This document shows, in pieces, positions 1 to 9,961 of a stretch of DNA of 64,000 bases. The notes beneath the pieces were generated by a model. That model had not been told where the DNA came from, searched no databases, and saw only the letters and a program-made list of their open reading frames with translations. The stretch covers positions 17,209-81,208 of the forward strand of contig CAVXDP010000008.1 of assembly GCA_963760485.1 (NCBI GenBank), read 5' to 3'. The translations under genes and the position numbers were made by a program. Source of the stretch: Candidatus Bathyarchaeota archaeon (GTDB lineage: Archaea > Thermoproteota > Bathyarchaeia > 40CM-2-53-6 > CAVXDP01). How positions within the stretch are numbered: the first letter of the stretch is position 1; every line of letters begins with the position of its first letter.

Positions 1-627
1 GACAAGGACGACGAGCCCAATGTTGCCCTTCTGGTAGTTCATAAGATAAGATCCCAAGTCACATATCGTATAGGCAAATTTCTCATCTGCCATTTTCAAT
101 GTGGCGGTCATGCCCGATCCTGCTTCGAAATACCATGCCTCATTTCTAAGTGTAGTAGAGCTGTACCCAGCTGTCGTCCACAGACGTTTCTCTTTTGAAT
201 GCGTGCCTGACCCGTCTCCTCGAGAAACCCATAAAGCGTATCCGGCATCGGCACGGATCTTGATTTGCCTCATGGCATCGAGTGTATTTAGTCCTTTGAT
301 TCTTGCGGGGTCATCGGCTGGACCAACTATGACGAAGAAGTTGTAGGCGACTATTTTCCTGTTTACACCATATCCATCATTAAGGAATTTGAGTTCACTA
401 GGGGGATCGTGCACGAGAATCATGTCCGCGTCACCTCTCATTGCTGTCTGTATCGCCAGGCCTGTGCCTTGCGATATGAACGAAACGTTGATGTTTGGGT
501 ATCGGCTTTCGAAAGCGGTCTTCACGACATCTAGGAAGCCGGTTTCGTAGAAGCTTGTTGTTGTAGAAACGATCAAGTTTGCGTGTGCACCAGGGCCGAT
601 GGACGTCGTTGTCCCAGAGCTAGTCAT
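1..627 (-). CDS. WtpA/ModA-like tungstate/molybdate ABC substrate-binding protein (partial; runs off window start)
   Basis: Reverse-strand translation gives MTSSGTTTSIGPGAHANLIVSTTTSFYETGFLDVVKTAFESRYPNINVSFISQGTGLAIQTAMRGDADMILVHDPP...WVSRGDGSGTHSKEKRLW, a typical WtpA-family fold signature. A 50-aa signal-anchor ORF (776..627, MSAKTSSTKMKAAAIVIIILITAIGVYAYY...) lies in a different frame immediately upstream, so the gene appears split by a 1-bp indel. Confidence 0.7.
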   Translation of the reverse strand, partial: MTSSGTTTSIGPGAHANLIVSTTTSFYETGFLDVVKTAFESRYPNINVSFISQGTGLAIQTAMRGDADMILVHDPPSELKFLNDGYGVNRKIVAYNFFVIVGPADDPARIKGLNTLDAMRQIKIRADAGYALWVSRGDGSGTHSKEKRLWTTAGYSSTTLRNEAWYFEAGSGMTATLKMADEKFAYTICDLGSYLMNYQKGNIGLVVLV

Positions 628-879
628 CTCGGACATGTTGGTGTTGTTGAAACGGCTATTGGTTGTGTTCCCTGACCGAGTCTAGCATAGTATGCATAGA
701 CACCTATTGCAGTGATCAGAATAATGATTACAATTGCAGCAGCCTTCATTTTCGTTGAAGAAGTCTTAGCGCTCATATTGTTCACCGTTATGTTCTTCGG
801 TATAGATCGACTTCCGTATTTAAGGGTAGTCTAATATGTAGATCGAACATAACCAGTTGAGCTACGGTGAGACATCTAC

Positions 880-1431
880 TTGGCGAGGAAGCTCCTTCCA
901 TCATTTAGGATCTGGCTGGGAAAAGATCATGAGTATGTTGTGGGCGAGGGGGGCGCATCTCTGCTTAGGGCAATCGAGAAATACGGTTCTATTTCCGAGG
1001 CAACCAAACGCGTGGGAATATCTTACAGGTATGCTTGGGGGCAGCTTACAGATATAGAAAAGGCGTTAGGTCAAGCTCTTCTCAAAACGACTAAGGGTGG
1101 AAAAGGTGGAGGAGGTGCAGAATTGACGGAAGCGGCTGTCGCGTTACTCGAAAACTACGAGAGAACCAAGAGATATGTTGGGAGTGTTTTGAAGGATGAA
1201 GAATACTGGGAGGCGATAGGATTGAAGTTGAGTGCAAGAAACCGGATCAAGGGAACCGTTGATAGTGTGGAGAAAGATGCAATTACGTCGAAAGTCAAGA
1301 TCAAGATTGAAGCTCCATTCACGATTACCGCGGTCATCACTAAAGAGGCCGTGGAAGACCTAAAGATAAAACCCGGAGACAAGGTTGAAGCAGTGATAAA
1401 ATCAACAGAGATCATGGTAGCAAAGGAATAG
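880..1431 (+). CDS. ModE-family regulator (N-terminal HTH + C-terminal TOBE/Mop molybdate-tungstate binding domain)
   Basis: The N-terminus EGGASLLRAIEKYGSISEATKRVGISYRYAWGQL matches the ModE HTH region. The C-terminal 70 aa (RIKGTVDSVEKDAITSKVKIKIE...GDKVEAVIKSTEIMV) are a TOBE domain. The gene is divergent from the WtpA-like gene. Confidence 0.75.
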   Translation: MARKLLPSFRIWLGKDHEYVVGEGGASLLRAIEKYGSISEATKRVGISYRYAWGQLTDIEKALGQALLKTTKGGKGGGGAELTEAAVALLENYERTKRYVGSVLKDEEYWEAIGLKLSARNRIKGTVDSVEKDAITSKVKIKIEAPFTITAVITKEAVEDLKIKPGDKVEAVIKSTEIMVAKE

Positions 1432-1692
1432 AAATAACTCACGTTGAGTCTCTGACAAATCCTAGAAATCTTGGGCGCGAGGCTCGTGCTCTCTTAGGCT
1501 CGTTTTAAGGCTGGAGGAATCTTGCCATAATCCCAACCCAAGAGCACGATCCTCTTAGTCGTGGTGAACGACTTGCCTATATGTTCAGACATACATATCG
1601 GCATTTAAGACTATCGATATCTGGAATGGTCTTTCAACTTAGATTTTGAGACTGAGGATTAGTCGAAGGCTTCACGAATCCGAGAGGCGATA

Positions 1693-1704
1693 TGTTTTAT
1701 ATAG
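1693..1704 (+). promoter_or_regulatory. BRE/TATA-like box (TTTTATATA) about 60 bp upstream of the surface-protein gene
   Basis: TTTTATATA at 1695-1703 followed by an AAGGAG RBS-like motif at 1751-1756 before the ATG at 1764. Confidence 0.5.
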
Positions 1705-1763
1705 CCATGCGCCTTGATTGTGAGCCAAAACGCTAAGGACGCTTACTAAAAGGAGAATAGAAA

Positions 1764-4700
1764 ATGAGTAAGAAAATTACTGCAGCATTTCTAGTATTGC
1801 TCTTTGCACTCTCAACAGTCCTAATTGCAACTCCAGTGCAAGGCCATTTTACACTTGGGCGTCCAACAAGTACAGTGCCTTATCGCGTACGTGATTTTGA
1901 CCCGCATGTTCCAGGTCCAACAGGTTATGTTTGGCCTGGATCAGGCGTAGTGAGTCTTAAGCACCGTACCCCAATCCGGGTAGTGGCGCTCCAAGCCCAA
2001 TAACTTGGGCTCAAGGACCATACCTTCCACCTGGATATCAGTCACCATGGAGCACGAACCCTCCAGGTGCTCAAAGTAGCTGGTACCAATTGGCTGGCAA
2101 CGCTTACGCACCTTTCGGAGCGATTCTAACCAGCACTGAAGATCATGACAACGTCGGTGACCTAATCTTTGCAATCAACTTCACAGGCACCCCTCCTACT
2201 ACAGAGGACTATCTCTATCACAGCCTCACAATATACTTGCCACCTGAATTCATTCCACCTGTAGACTGGGCAGCACCAACTGGTGACACGTCAAACATCG
2301 TGACAACCATAACAAACAATTACCTTCAGATTTCAGTTTGGAAGGCTGGCGTGAAAGATCCGTTCGGACCTGGATGGTGGGTCATATACATAAACCCCTG
2401 GTTGGGCTTCAGGAGAGATGGTAGTGCTAGCAGTGGGATCAATGTACCAGCGAACTATGGAAGGAATCCACGTGGAATCCTATTTAGCAAGTCGAACAAC
2501 TATGACGAGTGGTACTATGTACGAGTCAATGCGCATGAAAGCGCCAAGGATAGCCGGACGATACCAATTCAAGATGTTCCTCAGTGACAATTTTCCAGTA
2601 ACCAATGCGGTAAATGCTGACGGAACCCTCAACCCGATAGTTAGCACAATCCCTGCTGAGAACTGGCCAGTAATGCTTGTGAAAGGCGAAGTTGACCCAG
2701 GCATTATTGAAGGTACAATTCGCTATGGTTCATGGAACCAAGCATTATACAATTTGCCAATTCAACTTCCAGGCCGTGTAAGAGCGGTTGGAGTTGCAGA
2801 TGATCCATATACAGGCGCAAGCACAGGCCGCATGGTTGAAGCTCGTGGATACTTTAACGCTACAGCGAAGGGTCATTATGAGGTTGAAGGCATCGCTCCA
2901 GGTGTCTACGACATTTATGCGAGTGCAGCCGGATACCCAGAAATGAAAGTCGCAAGTGGCGTGAAGATTATCGCAGGCAAAAGTTTCCACGCAGACTACC
3001 TACTGCAACCAGGACCAATCATTACAGGCGTACTCTACAGTAAACATAGCTTCGGTGAAGTTCCATGGCCAAGCACAAGACCAGTCACAGTTGAAATTTA
3101 CGATAGTAATGAATGGCCATCAGCGAAGCCAGGCTACGATTGGGATTCAGCTGGAATGACATGGGAAGCCCAACACCTAAAGAGTTTCTCACCAATCAAC
3201 TTGACCGACTCACCATACACAAGCTACGTAACTGGTAACGTAATCTACGATCCAGGTAAAGGCTATGCAGACCTCAAGACGAGTGCGGGTAACCTACCAA
3301 AACTAGTTGCATTTCCATGGGAAGGCCCAAAGAGTATAGATCCACCTGTGATTACGTGGATCAACGGACAACCAGTAGCAACTGAATACCAAACAGAAGT
3401 CGGGGCTGGGGATACAACTACTGACAAAGACGTCTTCGGTTTGTTCAACGGTGTCGGACCAGCACAGTACTGGTGGGTTGACAACCTAGGCGCTTACACG
3501 AATGGTGGTGGAACGAATAGTTTCCGCTATCAATTCGGAATCAAAGGCTTCTATGGTGCACCAATGGAATTTGATGGTCACGTTCCACAAGTCTATGCGA
3601 CTTGGGTTAACGGTATGACCGCAGGCCAATACTACACTCGCGGTTGGATCAACGGTTACGTCCAAACAGACGTTAGCGGCACATACGTGGATTATCCATT
3701 CACGGTTGCAGCTGATGAATGGGCAGGTGACATTAACACTCCAATGGATCTTGAAACAGCAAGCTGGATAAACAAGACCGTACACTTCCACGATTTACCA
3801 GGAACACTGCAGACAAGTCCGATTAGGGGACCAGACCCGTGGAGGTATTTGATCGCTGAAGCATACGACGCAGACAATGTACTTGTGGCAATGAACTTCA
3901 CGCAAGTTCCGGCAACCTACACTGATGCTAACATAACATTGAACGGTTTCGGGATGGCGGGACCCGTTGTCCGAAACTACGGTGAGCAGAATGATGGAAC
4001 GAGAGGCCCAGGTGTTCCAAATGGCATGAAATTCTCCATGTACAGGTACCGCAATATCCGTGACTATGGCATTATGCCAGGCACGTACAGCATTCGCGTC
4101 TACATGCGTGGTTATGTACAACAAGAATTCGAGATGGCTTCAATCAGTCTAAGCCAAAGTCCAGCTTTGATCAGCAACCACATGTACCGTGGAGCAGGAA
4201 TCAACGTAACAGTATACAGCATAGACTGGGAGCACCCGCGGACAGACAAATATTGGACATTCTCCGGTGACGACGTACGAGTGTACGTACTCAACAGTGC
4301 AGGCACTAGCATGAACTACATCAAGTACTTCTCTAATACCCAAGCCCAGCCTAGGTGGAGTACTCCAGGCCAGAAGGCAGGCGTTACAACCATTCCGTTC
4401 GCAGGTACCCCGTATACTGATGCCGGCAAAAGCAAGCTAAAGTACAACGGTTCTTGGGAAGTGGACAGCTGGGGACCAGATGCTGAAGGTTGGCTACCAG
4501 GATATTACTATGATACTGACTGGTACAAGTACCTGTACACCGGCAGTACATTCTCAACTGGTATTGCACATCACGCATGGGGATTTGACGGCACTGCTAC
4601 CAAAACAGACGCACAGACCGGAATATGGCTAGAGTTTGGTTATGACAAGTATGGATTCCTTGCAAACCCAGGCAGATATCGCAACGCAGACCGAAGCACG

Positions 4701-5811
4701 AAACTTGCTCTAGAAACCGGCACATATACACTGAAAGGATACACTCTGGGTTACGTCCAGAAGAAGGACATCACAGTCTACGCTCAGAAAGGACAACAAT
4801 CAGATACAAAGCTTAACCTAGCTCAAGGCGTCAACATAACAGTTAACATCAAATTCAAGAAAGAAGGCATTTTCAGTGAGCTACCATACAACTCATCTTT
4901 CAGAATCAGAGTGTTCGATGACAATGGGGCACTAGTAGCTACATGGTTTACAACGTCGTATGACAAATCCGGCTTCTACACGGGGGTCATACAAGACGGC
5001 ATAAAAGCGTATGGTGGTTATGGCACAGGAAAAAAGCCCTACAGTAGCAGTTTGCCAAATGCTGGCGCAGACAAGAACTGGGTCGAAGATCACACAAATG
5101 AGTTGCAGGTACTATTCGCGGGGAACTACCTATTCCAAGAAATTGACCAATATGCCACGGTTCCAAAGGACAACAGATGGAGTACGTTCTATGGCATAGA
5201 TGGATGGCCGAACTACCAAGGCAACTACCACGTTGAAGTCGATGCTGTAAACCTGTACCAGAGCACTCAATCCTTCCCAGCTCCACAAGGCCTACTAGCT
5301 CGGTGAAAGCTACCACATAATCAACGGCGTCGAAGGACCATACCAAGGCGTATGGAAATTCAACCACCTAGGCCCATGGGAGCAGAAGATGGCTATTACG
5401 GTACCCAACGCTCATCTAGGTGCTGAAGCAAGTGTCGTCTTTGAACTTGACCTACGTGGCCTAGTCTCAGGACAGATTGCAGGTTTCAGCTGGAGCGATG
5501 AACTTCGGCCAACAAGCTGGGCATCAATCACAGCAGCAGGAGCAGGCGGAACCTTCACGGTATACTCGGCAGACGGATACTATGACATGTACCTTCCAGC
5601 AGGCACCTACGAATTCACAGTCATGGAATCGCCAGGACACGCAACGAAGAGTTCAAGCATAACCGTTAGCACAGGCCAAACAGTAACAGGCTACAGCTTC
5701 TACCTAGAACGAACCAACGTGCCAATTCCAGAATTTGGACCAGTCATAGCCCTCGTAGCAGCACTCGGAGCATCACTGTACATACTACGGAGAACCAGAA
5801 AAAGAGGGTAA
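1764..5811 (+). CDS. Large secreted cell-surface (S-layer-like) protein with C-terminal PEF-CTERM sorting signal, read across 3 apparent frameshifts
   Basis: Segments are 1764..2003 (signal peptide MSKKITAAFLVLLFALSTVLIATPVQG), 1961..2587, 2418..5306 and 5299..5811. Adding one C at the C4 run 1967-1970 joins the first two segments. Removing one base near the AAA at 2538-2540 joins the next. A 1-bp shift near 5296-5304 joins the 962-aa body to the tail ...PIPEFGPVIALVAALGASLYILRRTRKRG (PEF motif + TM helix + basic tail). The sequence is Y/W/G/T/N-rich, typical of archaeal surface proteins. Confidence 0.6.
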
Positions 5812-5817
5812 AGACCC

Positions 5818-5850
5818 TCCTTCTTTTCCTTTTTTGAACGTCCTTTCTTT
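5818..5850 (+). terminator. oligo-T terminator-like tract after the surface-protein gene
   Basis: CCTTCTTTTCCTTTTTTG then TCCTTTCTTT directly after the stop at 5811. Confidence 0.45.
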
Positions 5851-6261
5851 CACAGCGAAGGCTACCGCAAGAGGTACAAGGCTGCATACCGAGAAGACCT
5901 CAAGCGTTGGGGTGGAGAGTAGACTGAAATGCACGATTTCAAACCTTACCGCTAAGTGTTAAGACATCCCAAGTCTTAGGACATTCGGTAGCTGGAGCAA
6001 CTATTTTCATGTACTAATTCTTTTGGAGCAATATGTGAATTCTCCGGCAGTGTATCTCGGTTGTTTCGAGTTAACTGAACATTTGACTTCTTCGAGCCTA
6101 GACGCAAACCGAAGCCAAACACTCCGGTCAACAGTGATGTGCCCTAACCACCCAAACAGAGGCCAATATGGCACTCGACAAACGAACCGCGCATTGACAA
6201 ACAAGCCCCGACCTAACGCAGTGTGAACCGAGTTGTAAAGTTGGCCTCAGAATTCGTCCAT

Positions 6262-6477
6262 TCACGTCTTCTGAACGAAGAGTCCTATCGGAACAAATGC
6301 AACAAGGTCATGAAAAAGAGCCCAAAAAATAGTCTGAAGCACGCCAACCTCACCTGCGAAGAGTTCCCTCCAAACCAAGTACGCAGCAATCGCGACTGAT
6401 ATCATGGCATACTCTGCTCGATACAGACGAGAGCTAGCTTCCTGACAACTCGGGCCAAACCTCTTCTTGCCCGTCAA
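6262..6477 (-). CDS. small hypothetical membrane protein (71 aa)
   Basis: ORF with one clear hydrophobic helix (MISVAIAAYLVW...FHDLVAFVPIGLFV); no recognisable family. Confidence 0.25.
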   Translation of the reverse strand: MTGKKRFGPSCQEASSRLYRAEYAMISVAIAAYLVWRELFAGEVGVLQTIFWALFHDLVAFVPIGLFVQKT

Positions 6478-6683
6478 CTCTCGAATTACTGCGACAGGAG
6501 CTTATTTGAAACTCCCCTGAGAAGGTTCCGATGAAGAGGTCGAAAAGGGTCAGCTCTCTTTGCTGCATCCTCCAGCCTTTGGGATTCAATGGTGAGAGGT
6601 GGAACAGAGAAATCGGCCCAGGTAGATGAAAAGGCAGGCGCTAATGTGAAATAGTACGATTCATATTCTCTCTAAGAATTCAC

Positions 6684-7810
6684 ATGAAACCGATCACGAG
6701 ATGCGACGGCCTATCGAAGAGCAGTTATGTGAGGCGCGTGCAGCTTACCGGACACGGTTCGTACATTGTTTCTTTGCCGAAAGCTTGGGTTGAGGAGGCA
6801 GGGCTGAAGAAAGGGGGTCAAGTGCAATTCAGCAGGCAGCAACAGGCAGCTTGTGCTGACTCCCTTTGACGCAGTGGTAGCTGAAGATGAAAGAATGAGT
6901 TGCTCGACAACAGTACCGCCAGACACTAAAGGCGACTCGCTGGCCCGCAAGATTATCTCCCTTTACATAGTTGGTTTCACAACGATTCAGATAGATTCAG
7001 AAACTGGAAACCTTCCTGCCTCCGTCCGAGATGTCATCAGAGAGACAGCTAGAAACAAACTCGTTGGAACTGAAGTAGTCACTGAATCGTCTCGGAGCGT
7101 CCTGCTTCAGGTATTGTTGACGTCTCCGCAGCTAATGGTGACTGACGTTTTGAGACGAATGGGTACAATTGCGATATCGATGTTGCAGGATTCGATTACG
7201 GCGTTATCGAGCTTAGACGCGGAACTAGCTAAGCAAATCGTAAAGACTGATGATGAGATCGACAGGTTCAGCATATACATAATCAGGCAATTGAAGTTAG
7301 CTGTCCAACACCCGTCCTTTCTTGAAAGGGTTGGGCTCGCCTCTTCGGTAGAATGCCTTGCTTATCGGATTCTCTTCGGTAGAATGCCTTGCTTATCGGA
7401 TTACTACAAAGAGCATCGAGCGATCAGCAGACCACGCAGCCAGAATCGCACGAAACTCCTTACTGATTCGCAAACAGCTTGACCGTAATCTTGTCGAACG
7501 TCTCAAGACACTGAGCCAACAGTCTTCTGAGATGATGGATAACGCGCTGAAAGCTCTCTTTGCTAGTGACTATCAATTGGCCGAGAATGTTCTTCAGGGT
7601 AAAGAAGGAATTTCGGCACTAGAACGCAGGTTCGTGGAACATCTGCTGAGGCAAAGACTGCCCGCAGGTGACCTGTCTGCTGTTAGGCTGATTTCTGAAA
7701 GCCTTCTAAGGATCGGAGAGTACGCCACCGATATAGCTGAGGTTGTGCTTAATCTGACGGTTAGAAAATCAGTCGAATTAAGGGTTGGACCTTCTCCAAT
7801 AGAGACCTGA
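6684..7810 (+). pseudogene. AbrB/SpoVT-PhoU family phosphate-uptake regulator, disrupted (1-bp indel + 31-bp tandem duplication)
   Basis: The N-terminus GSYIVSLPKAWVEEAGLKKGGQVQFSRQ is an AbrB swapped-hairpin, followed by PhoU-like helical repeats. Three ORFs are in three frames (6684..6869, 6853..7482, 7358..7810). Removing one copy of the perfect 31-bp repeat 7341-7371/7372-7402 restores ...SSVECLAYRITTKSIERSADHAARIA... Confidence 0.6.
7341..7402. repeat. perfect 31-bp direct tandem duplication (CTCTTCGGTAGAATGCCTTGCTTATCGGATT x2) inside the AbrB-PhoU gene
   Basis: Read directly from the sequence. 31 is not a multiple of 3, so it causes a frameshift. Confidence 0.9.
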
Positions 7811-7898
7811 GGATTCACAGAGTAGACAGCTCCATGATTCTCTCTTCTATTTCGTGCCTTATTCTTCGGATGGTCTTGCCTTTTGGCTCTTGGATGCT

Positions 7899-8135
7899 CT
7901 AATCGACAAGTCGCATATTGAATCGCGTAATAAGGGGCTTAGGACATGCTTCTTCAACCGAACATCCCATTGTTATTACTAGGTCAGCTTCGTCGAGCAT
8001 TTCTGTTGTAAGCTTCCTTGGCTCAGAATTAGAAATGTCGATACTCTTTTCTTGTGTGGCTTGAACGACAACGAGGTTAACAACCGAAGAAGGAATAGTG
8101 CCTGCACCAGATGCATCAAGGTCCTTCTCTTTCAT
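7899..8135 (-). pseudogene. ArsC / low-molecular-weight phosphotyrosine phosphatase family fragment (lacks N-terminal CX5R P-loop)
   Basis: ...IDISNSEPRKLTTEMLDEADLVITMGCSVEEACP resembles the middle of ArsC/LMW-PTP. The ORF starts 4 nt inside the end of pstA, so there is no room for the catalytic N-terminus. Confidence 0.4.
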
Positions 8136-8977
8136 TCGATCCCTGTGACTCTCAACTTGGAGACAGTTCTAACAACGATGTTAAGACCAAGGACGAGGAA
8201 CAACAGGACTAAAGCAGCTCCCCATGCGAAGATGTGTGAGTTTGCATAGGGCGATGTGCCGAAGTCGTATATCAGGACGGTTAGTGAAGCGGCCGGATCA
8301 TTAAGGCTTGTCATGAGGAATTGGCTGCCCAGCGCTGTGAAAAGCAAGGGCGCAGTTTCACCCATTATACGAGCCACAGCCAGCGCGATTCCTGTGACGA
8401 CACCGTTTCTTGCACTTCTCAATGTTATGTGAAGTAATGTCTTTGACCTTGAGATCCCCAATGCCAGACCTGCTTCCTTGACCGATGAAGATACAAGTTT
8501 GAGTGATTCATGAGTTGATATCACCACAACAGGAATCATGATGATGCCTAGCGCGATTCCGCCACTCAAAGCCGAGAATCGATGTTGAGTCACTACAACA
8601 AGTTCGTAAACCACGATGCCTGTGACTATTGAAGGAACTCCTGAGAGAACCTCGGCCAGAAGCCTGATTTGGGATGCAAGTTGCCCCGTGTATTCGGCGA
8701 GATAGGCTCCTCCTAGTATCCCTAACGGTATCCCTGTTAGTGAAGCGATAGCAACCATTACGAGGCTGCCCTCCATGGCGTTGAGCATTCCGCCCCCAGC
8801 TTCTCCAATGGGGGGCGTGATCTTCGTGAAGAAATCCAGAGTTAATGCCGCATAGCCTCGAACAATGGTTTCGTATACAATCGATATGAGTGGAACCAAG
8901 GCAAGGAAGAATGACGCTGATGCGAATGCCACGTAAAGAATGTTGTTGAATTTTCGTTTCTTTTCGAGGCTTAGCAA
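8132..8977 (-). CDS. pstA: phosphate ABC transporter permease PstA
   Basis: 281-aa ABC type-1 permease; lies downstream of pstC/pstS in the canonical order. Confidence 0.85.
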   Translation of the reverse strand: MLSLEKKRKFNNILYVAFASASFFLALVPLISIVYETIVRGYAALTLDFFTKITPPIGEAGGGMLNAMEGSLVMVAIASLTGIPLGILGGAYLAEYTGQLASQIRLLAEVLSGVPSIVTGIVVYELVVVTQHRFSALSGGIALGIIMIPVVVISTHESLKLVSSSVKEAGLALGISRSKTLLHITLRSARNGVVTGIALAVARIMGETAPLLFTALGSQFLMTSLNDPAASLTVLIYDFGTSPYANSHIFAWGAALVLLFLVLGLNIVVRTVSKLRVTGIE

Positions 8978-8988
8978 GAGTCATGCCT

Positions 8989-9960
8989 CTAGGTCTTGAA
9001 GCTTAGTCTCCTGATTATGGTTCGACCTGCGAAGTTCATGAGGAAAGCTATTGCGAAAAGAATCAACCCTAATTCGAAAAGTGAGGCCAAATAGATGTCA
9101 TTTCCTGCAACTTCGGTGAACTCGTTGGCAATGATGCTGGGAATTGTATACGCTGGCAGGAAGAGGGATGGCGATATTCTGGAAACGTTGCCGATAACCA
9201 TTGTGACTGCCATCGTCTCACCGATGGCTCGTCCCATTGCGAGCACTATAGCGGCCATGATTCCTGTTCGTGCAAACGGTAGCACACTGGTTCGAATGGT
9301 CTCCCAGTTTGTTGCGCCGAGGGCAAGTGAAGCTTCTCTTTGGCTGCGAGGCACCGCAGATATGACCTCGCGCATGACCGATGATCCGTAAGGGATTATC
9401 ATTATTGCAAGAATTGTCCCTGCTGTGAGCATGCCGAGACCATTGGTTGGTCCTGTGAAGAGTGGAAAAAAGCCAAGTCTAGTTGCCAGTTGGGCGTCGA
9501 TATAGTCACGCATGAATGGCACAAGTACCAACAGACCCCACAGCCCATATACCACACTGGGCACCGCTGCCAACATCTCCACGAGGAAGGCAGATGGAAC
9601 CCGCAACCCCCGAGGGGCGAGTTCGGACTGGAATAGGGCTACACCGAGACTGACTGGGACTGCGAAGATAAGTGCAATGACAGTTGTCACGATTGACCCG
9701 TAGATTGCAGGTAGAGCACCAAGTGATGGAGGTCCTCCACCGGGAGGATTGGGTGTCCAATCTGTTCCGAATATGAATTGTAATCCAAAGGCTCGAATGG
9801 CATCCAAGCTTCCGTGTGTGAGTGCATAAATCAGAAGTATTGTCAGGATAGGGACTACAAATGCTGCCGCCATAACAAGTAGATGAAAAGAATCAGGGAA
9901 ACGAGTACTATACTTGGAACGATGTTTGGTTTGCGTTGTTGCCAAAGCAATCGCCGGCAA
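8989..9960 (-). CDS. pstC: phosphate ABC transporter permease PstC
   Basis: 323-aa permease with an EAA-like loop; sits between pstS and pstA. Confidence 0.85.
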   Translation of the reverse strand: MPAIALATTQTKHRSKYSTRFPDSFHLLVMAAAFVVPILTILLIYALTHGSLDAIRAFGLQFIFGTDWTPNPPGGGPPSLGALPAIYGSIVTTVIALIFAVPVSLGVALFQSELAPRGLRVPSAFLVEMLAAVPSVVYGLWGLLVLVPFMRDYIDAQLATRLGFFPLFTGPTNGLGMLTAGTILAIMIIPYGSSVMREVISAVPRSQREASLALGATNWETIRTSVLPFARTGIMAAIVLAMGRAIGETMAVTMVIGNVSRISPSLFLPAYTIPSIIANEFTEVAGNDIYLASLFELGLILFAIAFLMNFAGRTIIRRLSFKT

Positions 9961-9961
9961 C

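Noticed and set aside
857-1442. ORFs 857..1057 (+) and 1155..1442 (-) overlapping the ModE-like gene
   Set aside because: Alternative-frame or antisense artefacts of the ModE-like CDS, whose HTH and TOBE domains are recognisable.
1961-5310. Programmed ribosomal frameshifting in the surface-protein gene
   Set aside because: The three shifts differ in direction and lack slippery heptamers or downstream pseudoknot signals. Similar shifts also occur in unrelated housekeeping genes.
2480-5367. Numerous 60-130-aa minus-strand ORFs inside the surface-protein gene
   Set aside because: Antisense ORFs are expected by chance in a long, compositionally biased gene; none has any motif.
8508-8984. 158-aa ORF overlapping pstA in another frame
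   Set aside because: It is fully embedded in the well-supported pstA reading frame. Its Arg/His/Ser-rich composition is typical of an off-frame artefact.
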